In this document: in pieces, positions 37,820 to 54,700 of the stretch | How positions within the stretch are numbered: position 1 is the first letter of the stretch | Layout of the letters: each line of letters begins with the position of its first letter | Origin: Tubulanus polymorphus | Lineage: Eukaryota; Animalia; Nemertea | Reading direction: 5' to 3' | Length of the DNA: 64,000 nucleotides | NCBI RefSeq assembly: GCF_964204645.1 | Contig: NC_134036.1 | Location: forward strand, 3,162,001 to 3,226,000 | Notes under the pieces: model-generated | Databases searched by the model: none | Seen by the model: only the letters and a program-made list of their open reading frames with translations | What the model was told of the DNA's origin: nothing | Made by a program: the position numbers and the translations under genes

Positions 37820-38869
37820 CTACACTGGCAGTTGTGTTAAAGTTCGAAAAAACTGCTTATTTACGATACAATACAGAATGAAATTAACACACGAATTAAG
37901 ATCACTCGTAACGAATGATATGTCCATCGCTAATTCCCAAATAACCGCATTCGGCAACGCGTACGAACGCACTTTAGAAAACGTGGCAGGTAGTTCTAGA
38001 ACCAGGAAGGTTACACTCATCGATATTACCATACGAGTTGCTTTAGAATCACCTGTCAACAGTTTTTGTGAGGTTCCGCCTAATTGTTGGCGTTGTTTGA
38101 ACTTCACGTACAAGGTTACGATGAGGGCTGTATTTATCAAGAGTACCGCCCCGGAAGGAATTATCAACCTAAAAATCGGTCCTATCAGTTTATTACACAA
38201 TAGATATAATGTTTCGTATTTGTAAACAAGTCGAGTATTAGGTCCGTGACAGGGGTCAATGTATTCTTCTATTTTAAGGGTCAGGGGGAAATAAACGGGC
38301 CAAATAAAGAAAAAAGCGGTAGCCACGCCGATGATTCGGTTCATGCGCTTTTTCGTCCACCATTGACTCGCTTTTAACGGATATAAAACAGTCAGTAATC
38401 GTTCTATTTGTATCAGAACAGTCAACCAGTTGCGCTGATACATGAATCCAAAACGTATAATGTGAGTCCCGTACACAAACATTTTCGGGTAGATGTGGTA
38501 AGGATCGATAAAAACCTTATCACCGTAATTGATGTAGAAAATCGAATACCTCAAAGTGTCTGACAGAAAGTGACCGAACAGCATGCCGATGTCGGCCATT
38601 GCCAGATATTTTAACAAGTGTATTGAAGGATGTGAAGACTTGAGCTTGGTAAACACGACGATATTTAGAGTGTTCATCACCCAGCCCGCGAGCATAATCG
38701 GAGTTAGCACGTATAGGTTGATGAAGAAACGACCAGACCATTCAGCGTATTGCTGCGCGCAAGCTTCTTCGCGGGTTACGTTTGGTACAGCAGTCATTGC
38801 TGTTTGCGGTGTTGAGAAGTCATCGAAATTTGTGAAATCAAGCACATTGAACCACGAGTTTAACAGCAT
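37820..38869 (-). CDS. Intronless class A (rhodopsin-like) 7TM GPCR, FMRFamide/sex-peptide-receptor-like subgroup
   Basis: 349-aa ORF with seven hydrophobic segments: TM1 GWVMNTLNIVVF, TM2 LAMAD, TM3 IERLLTVLYPLKA, TM5 LIIP..LLINT, TM6 FLVLELP, TM7 NSCVNFILY, helix 8 NKQFFRTL. N-glycosylation sequon NVT in the N-terminus. Confidence 0.9.
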   Translation of the reverse strand: MLLNSWFNVLDFTNFDDFSTPQTAMTAVPNVTREEACAQQYAEWSGRFFINLYVLTPIMLAGWVMNTLNIVVFTKLKSSHPSIHLLKYLAMADIGMLFGHFLSDTLRYSIFYINYGDKVFIDPYHIYPKMFVYGTHIIRFGFMYQRNWLTVLIQIERLLTVLYPLKASQWWTKKRMNRIIGVATAFFFIWPVYFPLTLKIEEYIDPCHGPNTRLVYKYETLYLLCNKLIGPIFRLIIPSGAVLLINTALIVTLYVKFKQRQQLGGTSQKLLTGDSKATRMVISMSVTFLVLELPATFSKVRSYALPNAVIWELAMDISFVTSDLNSCVNFILYCIVNKQFFRTLTQLPV

Positions 38870-39800
38870 CCATCTTCAGAATGTAGCGTAATCATAGCTA
38901 CGAATTCTATAAAGCTATCCCAATACTCGCGTGTTCTTTGTTCCCCTGGCTTTCGAAACAATCTGTTTTTCTTCACATCTCGCACTCACGGCTTCTATGC
39001 CTATTTTCAGTCGATCGCGAACGTCACAGTCGCTCTACAATAATATACCGCAGTCTAAAATTGTAACCCGCAAACTTCAATGGAATCGGTTGACTGTCTA
39101 TCCGTGGTGTCAATGTGTAATTTGTAGATATGTACCGTACTACGCGTACTGGCTTCTCCTCTTTTATCTTACGAGAGAATGAATTATACCTGACTGGTTT
39201 TTCTGGATATGTATCCTGATGTTTCGCGGCTCCATTCGTTCTATCACACTAGCTTTAATCGTTTTTATTTTACGACTGGGCTGGATAGAACTAAGGTTAG
39301 AAAATTGATTCCTTGTTTTTTCTTGTCTGCTCAGCTTTAAAGTCGATCCCTTCCCACTGCCTATCTGTGTCCAAATTATTTTTTTAGATCATGATCAACC
39401 ATAATAGACCCGGCAGTGTTAGAAACGAACTTATTACAAATTTTTATATCAGTTTACAAAATGACCCTTTCAATCAGGAGAAACAAGGTATCATTTTATT
39501 TTAGCCTAAATGGTTCTCTTAGTAAAGACATTTCGGTATCCACTATGCTCTTTGTATCATTTAACACTTCGATCCATCTTAACAGGAATAGTGATTTATA
39601 GAGACCCATAAACCCCATGAGCCATAGTATAAATGATAATCCATGTATGGTTGAACCGTATGGATTGAACTGGATTAAGTCCATCATTTACTAATTAATT
39701 ACTTAATGAATAGGCTTCTGATTTTTGCAGTTGTCTCCTTCACCAAAACGATAGCTGCTCGATATTTGTAAATAAGTCGTCCTCAAAAAACAGTACAACA

Positions 39801-44642
<4,842 letters not shown>

Positions 44643-45029
44643 CTGTAGTGTATTATATAGGGATTTTTAATAAATTGAAATTCTATTTCGTCTTCTAGGA
44701 AAACTTATTCTCGGACTTATTCACTCGGGAGAGATCGATCTTAATTGTCGTGTTGTCACTGTACACTTAAATTACTCTCTGATATAAGTTCTAGAAAAAA
44801 GTTCCGAAAGATACCAGTGCACAATATTGGTACCATTGGAAGGTTATGATCCGTTTCACTGGATTATTAGATATCTTGTTCTAGAGTTTCGTACATCGAA
44901 CGGGAATAACAGACGAATTTTTCAGTGGATGAGTTGTCGTCGCTGTTGATCCGTCCATTGACCATTGTGACGTCATTACGAGAATGCGAATAGTCGGCGA
45001 ATATGTTCGAATGTTTACCGGTCACAATC

Positions 45030-45315
45030 GGGCGGACCGGATGGCTTAGTCGGTCGGCGACTAGCGTGTCACCGCTGTGGCCCAGGTTCGAGTCTCGGAG
45101 GAGGCGGGTCAGGATGTGGCAATTGATCTCCGGTAAGCGGGCGAGTCGAGAGTACTGTCCTCCCTGGAATGAGGTTGCTAATGCGTGAGTCCTACAGAAT
45201 ATCTGGCGTGGGGTAAATTATGTTTAATTCAGTCGTTTCTGGCTGAATTATTTATTTATCCCACAATGCCGGTCCAGGTTGCGGAGTAATTCCCCCAGGG
45301 ACCTTCGACTTTTTT
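45030..45315 (+). ncRNA. tRNA-derived Pol III unit (SINE or small RNA) with an internal hairpin
   Basis: A-box TGGCTTAGTCGG (45042-45053), B-box GGTTCGAGTC (45085-45094), ~70-nt hairpin 45203-45272, T6 run 45310-45315. No complete cloverleaf. Confidence 0.55.
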
Positions 45316-46822
45316 ACAATATTAGTTTGTTATTTTAAGTTTAGTGATGAGGGTTTGGGAAATTTTTATATTTATTTAATTCCTCGAACTGAAGAAATCC
45401 AAGCGAGAATTCGGTGGTATCTGCATGCAACGCGGACGGTGATCAATCACAGGTCTTTCTCAACTGATGACAAAATTTCGATGATTTTTTAACGTCACCA
45501 AATTCCAATCAGAGTAGATGTTCACGCGGCAATGTCTGGTGAACGTCTGTATAAAATCGGCTTCAAAACGACTCTATCCAATAGAGAATAACTCACCGGA
45601 GACCTGACATACGCTCTACTACACAATAGTGCCGCGTGACTGCACAAACCCTTAAGCAAACTTCAATATCCTAAAGCAAAACTCGAAAATAGTAAAATTC
45701 AGCCGGTACTATAGTTCAAAACCAGACGTAAATAGAAGGGAAATCTACACTAAAGTTTGTTTGATAGTTTAGATAAAATTTCAGCGTACAATTTTAGGCT
45801 AAAATCGTAGCATTCGATATTTCTATCTTTAACAATATGTGTCTCTATGAATAGTCGAATTAAACTCGATGACCTGTAAGCCTTATTGAAAATGTTTGGC
45901 ACGAATTGAATGGTTCTCGAGGATTAGCGTCACGTACTCGGGTCTGTCACAGGAATGCGCGATCGAGCTTTCTGATTGATCCAATCCGGTCGCATCGATG
46001 ATGCACCGTCGCTGATTGGTCGACGTAGGTATTAGAAGCGCGGTTCGAGCCTCCCGATGCCAGTCCGAGAACCGATGTCCAGTGATGAAGGTCTATAAGA
46101 GCTCTGCAACAAGGCGTGAAGAACGTGTGTGGCTCCAAGCGAACAACTTACTAATTAGCGGCTGATGATGTTAGGAGAGACTGGAACGTGAAGGAATTTG
46201 TGACGCCTAGCGATTGAGAACGCAAGATGAGACTGACGGCTGTGGTGCTGATGATTGCGTAGGAGATCCCGATCTGCTGCTGCTGCTGCTGCTGCTACGG
46301 CTGCTGCTGCTGCTGCTGCTGTTGATGTCGGATACTCAGTTGCTGATGAGGACGAGTTGCTGTTGTTGCCGATTTCCGATGTTCTATTTCAAATTACACA
46401 CATTTTGATCAGGTTAGAAATTTCATATAGAATTCAAAACTCTGAATCAAATCTTGCGAAAATTATCGCGTTTTGATTGTTGAACCTAATTCGGCTTAAT
46501 TTGAATCGAAATATTCTAGTTCAGATTTCAAATCGCTTTCCTCTGGATTATATTAGTCGCAATTTTATACATTATGAATATTGTCTTTTTAGGGGTAAAC
46601 CGAAACCAGTTCGCTTCTACTGACAACTACATGTACACGACTCGTTTGTCGCAACGTTCTGAAATAGTTTGATGCTGCTAATGCTGCATTGGGAACCGCA
46701 TCAACCCACATTTTTCGGTATCTATACACTAAGATAAGGTAATTATATTAAACTGCACCCATCCGGAATCGTTTTCCAGTTCATCCGATTTCTTTTTCAG
46801 CCGGCAATATTTGAGTTACAAC

Positions 46823-47218
46823 AAACCTCGTGACACAGGCTCTACTCCGACTACGGCACCATCTTCAAACCTCGAGACGCAGACTCTACTCCGACTACGG
46901 CACCATCTTCAAACCTCGAGACGCAGACTCTACTCCGACTACGGCACCATCTTCAAACCTCGAGACGCAGACTCTACTCCGACTACGGCACCATCTTCAA
47001 ACCTCGAGACGCAGACTCTACTCCGACTACGGCACCATCTTCAAACCTCGTGACGCAGACTCTACTCCGACTACGGCACCATCTCCAAACCTCGAGACGC
47101 AGACTCTACTCCGACTACGGCACCATCTCCAAACCTCGAGACGCAGACTCTACTCCGACTACAGCACCATCTCCAAACCTCGAGACGCAGACTCTACTCC
47201 GACTACAGCACCATCTCC
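46823..47218 (+). repeat. 44-bp minisatellite, 9 copies
   Basis: Unit AAACCTCGAGACGCAGACTCTACTCCGACTACGGCACCATCTTC, head-to-tail with no spacers. Confidence 0.95.
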
Positions 47219-47539
47219 ACTCCGTCTTTATTTCGTTTTGCCGCATGTTATAAAGAAACGTGTAAATAAATAAACGTCTGTCTATATATAAATTATTCGT
47301 CTTTACTTAAAATCTCTGTCTCGGGCACTTTGCCCCGGAAAGGACTCTTCCGCTTACAACTTCTCACGTTCAAGGAAAGGACAAAGTCAAAAAGGAAAGG
47401 AGAAACGCAAAGTACAAATCAACGCATTTATTCCAAATTCAAAGTAGGAATTTCTTACAGTTTGTTTGCAAAAGTAAAATTCAACATTTTATTGAAACAT
47501 CAAAAATAAAATTTATTTTATTTAATCACCATTAAATAA

Positions 47540-47609
47540 AATTATGGGATTTGAACCACCAACCATTCGACTAGCAGTCCAGCACCCTACCAACTACGCT
47601 ATAGGGACG
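47540..47609 (-). pseudogene. tRNA-Ser(GCT)-like degenerate sequence within a repeat element
   Basis: Minus strand reads TAGCGTAGTTGGTAGGGTGCTGGACTGCTAGTCGAATGGTTGGTGGTTCAAATCCC: A and B boxes and a GCT anticodon-like loop, but the acceptor stem does not pair. Confidence 0.5.
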
Positions 47610-48184
47610 TACTGACAGCATAGAGAGGAACTCCTATTTATCCATTGCTTAAGCAAATTTCATTTAAAAAAATAATGCCATCTACCGGGCGAGACAGGAA
47701 CTTTAGTTCCTATCTCAACCCGGTAGATGGTAGGAGAGATGAGAATGAGAGGAGAGAGTGAGAGATGAGGAGATGAGAGTGAGAGATGAGAGAAGATAGA
47801 AAGATTTAGAGAGAGGATAGGATGGCATATCACCTGAACTTCCTTGTTTTCTATCTAGGATGCTGTCAGCAGTTATACAGTTAGTTTTAAGTACAAACAC
47901 ATATTTATCCCATCAGCAGCAACGTCATCACATAGTAGGTCCTCTAGGACATAAAGTTCACTATAACTGAAGTCAAGTTCTCCCAATATTTGTTCGTTTG
48001 TTTGTTTATCCTTTCGCTGAGTTCGAACACTGCCCACACGTATTTATTTATCCAGTTGATGTAGTCCTGATCATCAAACACAAACGTCAATAGTTCCACC
48101 ATATTGATGACAAACATCCTAAAAAATATAAATGAAACTTAATAGATTTGAGGCCACCAAACAGAGTTATAGTTAAGTCTAGTT

Positions 48185-48800
48185 ACCGGTGTATCTAAGG
48201 TACCCCCAAAATGAGGGTCAGGGGTCAAATATTTTTTGTCTCCGATTTCGATGAAGTTTAGTATAGTCATGTATTCTGGGGTGCTGATCACAGATCTGAA
48301 AGAATTTTTAGGATCCGAGGCCCCAAAAATGAGAAATTCGAATTTTTGGGGGGACCCCTAAATTTTCGAAAGGCCTTGGACCCCATAATTTTCGAGATAT
48401 TCAAAATCTGATAGCAGATTTGGAATTAGCACCCCTGAAAATAGTAAGGACTAAAATTTTAACCAAATCGAAGAGATTCGATTTTTTGGCCAAAAATGGC
48501 AAAAATCTAAGGTGTAAGTCCAGGAGTTTTTTTTCGGAGAAAAATTTTTTTTCTCCGATTCCTTCGAAACTTAGTAGGAAGATGTATTCTGAGGTGTAGA
48601 TTCCGGATCTGCAATCAGATTTTGAATCGGAATTCATCTTCATGACCAATTTAGGGTTTTAACGGCCAAAATATGCACCCCAAAAATGGGGTACAAAGTC
48701 AAAAAATTTTTGGGCCCTATTTTATCAAAATTTAGTACTGACATGTTTTTTGGGGGTGCTGATCACGAATATGGAGTTGGTTTTTGGATACAAAGCCCCC
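48185..48800. repeat. Repeat element with ~160-bp monomers in mixed orientation
   Basis: CCGATTT..AAA(C/T)TTAGTA..ATGTATTCTG(G/A)GGTG-like units lie forward at ~48241, 48554 and 48716 and reverse-complemented at ~48427-48472. Confidence 0.6.
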
Positions 48801-50400
48801 GAAGACAACAGAAAGAGTAAATTATCTTAGATAAGAATATCAATCAAAATCTGTCAGTTCAATCGTTCTGCTGTCGGTTTTTGGATACACATATAGCCGC
48901 ATCTTATGTTCAAATCAATTTAGTGATAGTTGAATTTTGGCTGCAAGACCAAAACTGCATAAAATCTAGTATCTGGCAACTGGTATTTTGACGCGAACTA
49001 TGATATAACTATGATGAAGGTCCAATGTTAACATATATACTACAATACATTAAGAAGAAGGCTATATTCACCTGACTGCTTGACTGAATTCGAATTCGAT
49101 AAGTCCATGTTGTTAGAAGGTGAATCCTCCAGTCAGTTTTGTTCCGTTTGATATTTCCTTCCTTCACTGGATATTCCGTGAATGTCAAGTCATGATAGGT
49201 CGTTTAGAACAATGTCTGAAACTGCTGGTAAACACACACTTAGAATTCACCGTTCAAAGTTCTATGTACAGGCGACATCCATGGAATGACCAAGATATCT
49301 AAGGTGTCTTCACGATGTCTCAAAGATTCTGAAATTAAAGAAAACAGATGAAATTAAGATTCAAAGAAATGCAGAGTTCTCAGTAGTGCCGATACCAATG
49401 AAACTTGTACAGTGCAGGGCCTAGTTTCACAAAAAAAGTTTACCTCAAATTTTTGGTGTAATTGCCATTGGTTACTTCGTGTTTTCAATGAGAAAACAAT
49501 TCAAATTAAACTGTTTTAGGCCAAAACTTTTTCGGTGAAACTGAACCCAGGGGATTGTTGAATAGTTGTGACGTGAATAAAAAAAAATGTGGACAGCTAT
49601 TGGTACCTCTAAGTTGTAACTAGTCTAACTTCTAAGTTGTAACTAATCTAAGCTCACATATTTTGAAGGTTTCTGAACAGATTAACTGCACTTACGTATG
49701 GCATCCTTTCCAAACAATCGCATTCCTGCCTTCTGACAAACACATCTTAGGTGCAGCAATGACCGAAGCAATCAAACTAAGATTAATATGGCGCTCCACT
49801 TTGACTGTAATTTCGAATCCAATAACTGTGAATCCAACTGGTAGCCTGTAAAGTTTTTCAAAGTTACATAGTGAAATATGGTCGAAGTCCTTACTAGCTG
49901 CTCAATCAGTCCCACTCTCTCACAACTCCGATTCCCGTGAGCATATAGTATACAACAGTGAGGCATACCTATGTCCATCCAAACAAGAATCTGAATCATT
50001 TCATGATGACTGACTACACCCTTTCAGTGCCGGTCTTAGATGACCTTCGTGGCCGCTGTTTTGAAACGATTGTCATATGATGGTTCAGCGCATTCATTTA
50101 TATTATTCACACAACCAATAGGCCTACATGTACATCTCTAACATCACGTCTCTAGCGTCTATTATCGAGAAGTTGTAGTAACTGTTTGGAATAGGGTTTT
50201 GGGAAACTGGTTACTAGAAGTAACTAGAAAAACACGTGGACACAAAGCAACGTTGTGGAAAGAGCAACGTCGTCCAGCACCGGATTATTTGATTGATAGA
50301 TCGGAATACAAGCTACATCCCTTTAAGAAATCGAGGCACTAAGCTATGGATGGAACAATATTAACGAAATCCACCTAAAACCCCGTATTGCAAAAACCTG

Positions 50401-50508
50401 GACCCAGTTCCACAGTTGGGAGTTAGAGTTAACTCTGAGTTAAAGTTAATTCATTTTCAGTGATTTAACCCAGAGTTAAATCTTAACTCGGAACTGTGGA
50501 ACTGGACC
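50401..50508. mobile_element. Harbinger-like MITE with CTG target duplication
   Basis: CTG|GACCCAGTTCCACAGTT...AACTGTGGAACTGGACC|CTG. Confidence 0.8.
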
Positions 50509-51258
50509 CTGTGTATAACAAAATGGGACAATAACTGAATTGAACCATTTGTAAATAGTTCCTTCTTTGAATGTATCAAACATGCCTCCGTCTCATTAAT
50601 CCACATCGCAATAAATCGGTCTGCGACTCAACCCTGATATCACAATTTCTACAGAACTATTGAAAATCTCAGAAAGAAAAAACAAGGATATCAACATTTG
50701 CTCGTTCGATGTTTGTTTTTCCACTGTTTTTTGGACCGGTATGAATATCTTGAAAAATTTGACAAAACTGTATTTGATAAAAGGGAATTTACCGAGATTT
50801 TAACAGTTTTAGGAAGAATCACCCGATTATAACCAACGAAAGCAAATGTTTTGGTGGAATTCTATGGTAGAATGTAAAACACTTTGTACGTTCAGTGAGG
50901 TAGATTATATGGTAGGTTCAGTGAGGTAGATTATATGGTTGTTAATGTAAAGTTTAACGCGGAACTAGAATTGGCGATTGATGTTCATCGCTGCTGATGG
51001 AACGGCGCATCCTACTGATCACTTTGAAAACTTTCACCCTCGAATCATAAACAGTAAACAACCCGATTATTGATTTTATTCACTCGCAGTTTTATTGAAT
51101 CTGATTATAACACGAGATTTGACGACTGAGTCACAAATATAAATTCAATTCGAGCTTTTTCATAGTCAGTCAGTAACATGACTGCGGTTCAGTTTCATAA
51201 TCGGTTGTATCCCAAACACCACAAGTATATCCGATTTTAAATCATTATCACCAACGAT

Positions 51259-51791
51259 TTAGGAACAAACTCCTTTACAGGGGTTGCCGTTACAACACTT
51301 CGAAGCACCGCCGGCACACACCATACCCGTGGTCGTGCAACCTATATCAAAAAGAAAAAAAAACATGAAAAGGAAAATTGAATTTGGAAGTTGAATACAA
51401 TTTTACTCAAATTGAAAAAGTTTTTGAACCCCAAACCCGACTTAGATGTAAAACCGGCGATGATCCCGACAGTGAAGATGATAGATACCCCTCGTTCATT
51501 TCGACATACAGATATACACGCATGTTCATAAATATTGCATGTCAATTAAACTGATTTTGTTGGAATATAAGTATATAATATAATCTCTGAAATTCAATCC
51601 ATCAAATTAATTCGATCAATGTTCAACTACTAAATTTATGCTGATAATTGCTACTTTAATCCAGAATAATTTATTAGATCCTATGTTATTGTGTATTATT
51701 TTCCCAGTTGTTACTCACCTGCAGCAATTGATGCGGCACTGACCACAATCCCAACAACAGCACATACGCGAGTCATTAAATAAGCGAACAT
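51259..51791 (-). CDS. Secreted inhibitor-cystine-knot (knottin) peptide precursor, 51 aa, nemertide-alpha-like
   Basis: Exon 51791-51719 encodes MFAYLMTRVCAVVGIVVSAASIAA (signal-like) and ends CAG|GTGAGT. Exon 51341-51259 follows a long pyrimidine tract and TAG and encodes GCTTTGMVCAGGASKCCNGNPCKGVCS*. Six Cys in C-x6-C-x6-CC-x4-C-x3-C spacing. Minus-strand AATAAA at 51091-51096. Confidence 0.85.
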
Positions 51792-54700
51792 TTTCAGCGT
51801 CTAGAATTTGAATTGAATATACATACTACTAATTTGGCATTGTAGGGCATCCCAAATATTCTGATTATTCAACAGTTCTTAACATGCTCGCAGTGCTTGC
51901 TGCGTCAGCAAAAACTGATGATAGTGCAAAGCAGCGGTAACGAATTCTCTGCATGCTGGTTTGAATACCGTACTTATATGAAGCGTACAGAGTGTTGTCA
52001 AAATTAGTCACATCAGTTCGTTACAGTGAGAATAGAAGTAATGATTGATTCAGTGGATAATTTGAATGTAAAATCCGATTTGAAGTCGCTTGCATTTTGT
52101 ATCACAGAAAGACGGAAACAGGTTTCTGTCTCTTTTTTCCGTATGTGATGTATATAATATAGATAATCACTGAGTATGAGTACAATAGATAATCACTAAA
52201 AATTCATTTTTGTCTTTAGAACACGACAGTCGTGTGATTGAAATTAGTTCCTCGCCTCAGTTATAAGAAGAAATTGGTTATGAATTTTATGCAGTTTAAA
52301 TAGCAAAATAGCCATCGGTTAAAATACTTAGAATTAATACTATATTAGACGGTATGATCGGTCATGGAAAAATCATCAAGCGCTTGCTATCGCGGTATAC
52401 GTTTGTTATCTACTTACGGTTTTGCCTTCCAGTTAAAGTTTGGTTGCTGCATTCAATAAAGGAACCTTTATATAGAAATTTCGCTCATCAATTTTACACT
52501 CCAGATATTTAACACACTATTTGCTTTCTACTCAGGTTCTTTTCACTTTGCCAGGATCTAATTTCAGCAATTGAATCCAGAGAAGGGACGGGTGAAATAT
52601 GAAACTATTTAATATTCTAATATTAATTTTACTTAATATTCAGAACCCAATATAATCTAGTCTGATAAACGTATATTTAGCGTCGTCATGTTAAACCCAC
52701 AAAACTGTGAAACTGGATTCAGAGTCAAATTAACCAACGAAACTGTGGAACTGGGTACAGAGTCGAATACAACCCACACAACTATGGAACTGGGTTCTGC
52801 GTGAAAATAACTCTTTACGACTGGAGATCTTGGGTCATGGTCGTATTTGACCTGAATCGAGAGTTATAAACTAAACGTAGGAACTTCATCTGCGAAACTC
52901 CTAAACTCCTAAATTACCAATAGTTCAGAACATCACTTCAGATGACATGAAAATAGTTTCTACTTCGATATTTTATGAACCGATGAGTCGCTCAGGTATA
53001 AACCTGACTTTTTTCAGGGGTAGTTTCCGTTTAATAAACCTACACTTCATAAACCTGAACTTCATCATTATCCATAAGTGAACCTTTTATCACAGGACTA
53101 CGAAACAGAAGTCGTACGTCTAATTATGTAATTATATAGTTTTCCCTTCAACCTTGTGAGCTCATCCGTCACTTACATTGAAAATATATAGGACTGGCGT
53201 TTAGCAAAAACAGTCAATGTAAAATCGATGACGTAAACTCTTTTCACAAAATATTAAAGTATTACGTTTATATAGTCTGATGTGGTATTGTTTTTGTCAT
53301 TATGACGGCTTGGCAGTCATTACGGGCCACAAATGTCTATAGATAGTGACCAAATATTCCTTGCGCGCCCCTTTTTCAAAAAGCTAGATCCACCCCTGGG
53401 TCACTCCACCCGGTTGCAGTGAAATATCATCTAACATCTCAGCCGCAGTGAGAGGTCTCTTCATAATATTCTAAATGTATGAATCTTGTTGGATTGTCTC
53501 TTCCAATTTCCTTATTTCATTATTGTTATTATCATTATTATCATTCTGACTTACTTTTCTTTTTTCATTTCGTTTTGGTTGGCTTTTCCGATCCTTACTA
53601 TCTCAATTATCAATATTTATAATTTTTTACAACTTTTTAAGGTGCCATCATCTTTAGAACCTTAGGCTTGCTTTTGGCATCCTTGGAATTATTTATAACC
53701 CATTAGATTATTATATATTATAACTAATTTTTTCTATTTCTAAAGTTTCTATGTTAATATGAAATTTCAATTCATCCAGAAATAAAGAATATCAATATCA
53801 ATATCAATATCAATATCGATATCAATTGTTCGATCCATCCATAGCAGCTGTGACCGATTCCCAATTGGCTTAGTTAAAAACGACATATGATATAAAACTC
53901 GACTAATTCGCGCACCTAAAGCAGTTTCAAACAATGAAGTAACTTGATCTATTTCTGTAGTTGAATGTATACGTACTTTTTTTAGGTAATTTTTATTCCA
54001 TTCAAATGGTGGGAATTTGGATCCACTTTCACACTTAGCAAACCTTAAATATCAAACATGAAATTTCATGAATTCTACGCGGTAATCGATACTTCAAACG
54101 GTAAGCTGAGAACATGACGCCTGAAGTAGATCTCTGCTGAGTAGCATTAAGCATTTATTCTTTGTAGAGAATAATCATAATCTATTATCTATTTTGAATT
54201 GAAATAATTGACTCTAAATAGCTCACACATCAAGGACATATGTAATACTTTTCACCGCAACATACATTACATTATAGCCTATATCCGACCCCCAGGCTCC
54301 AGGAAACGGAAACAATCAGGGAACATGGAGAATGATAAAATTGCATCAGTATATCTTTTTCATCCAGTAATCAATTCGCCAAAAGAAGAACAGACAACTG
54401 CAGCAATCACTGGATAACGACTACACATATAGAGGCATAAACGTGCCTCACAACAATCGGCAGATTACCCCTTTTACCCAGGCCTATCACCACTGTTCAT
54501 TCAATTCGCTTGATGACTAACCGGCACGGACGGATCCAGTGGCAAAGGAAAGGAGGTACACTTTTATTAGGGCCTACGCCGCAATTTCGTTGTTCACGTA
54601 CACAATTATTTGTTTAGATCTTCAAGAATTAGTAAAACAGCCGTAATTGCCAAAACATAATTTTGGTATTTTTTCAGTTGTCCAGTGATAATTTTGATCA

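Noticed and set aside
46811-47273. Repetitive ORFs or a possible CRISPR array
   Set aside because: 44-bp head-to-tail units with no unique spacers. The unit is not a multiple of 3, so the ORFs simply cycle through frames. Eukaryotic context with no cas genes.
47540-47609. Functional tRNA-Ser gene
   Set aside because: The acceptor stem is unpaired and the long variable arm is missing.
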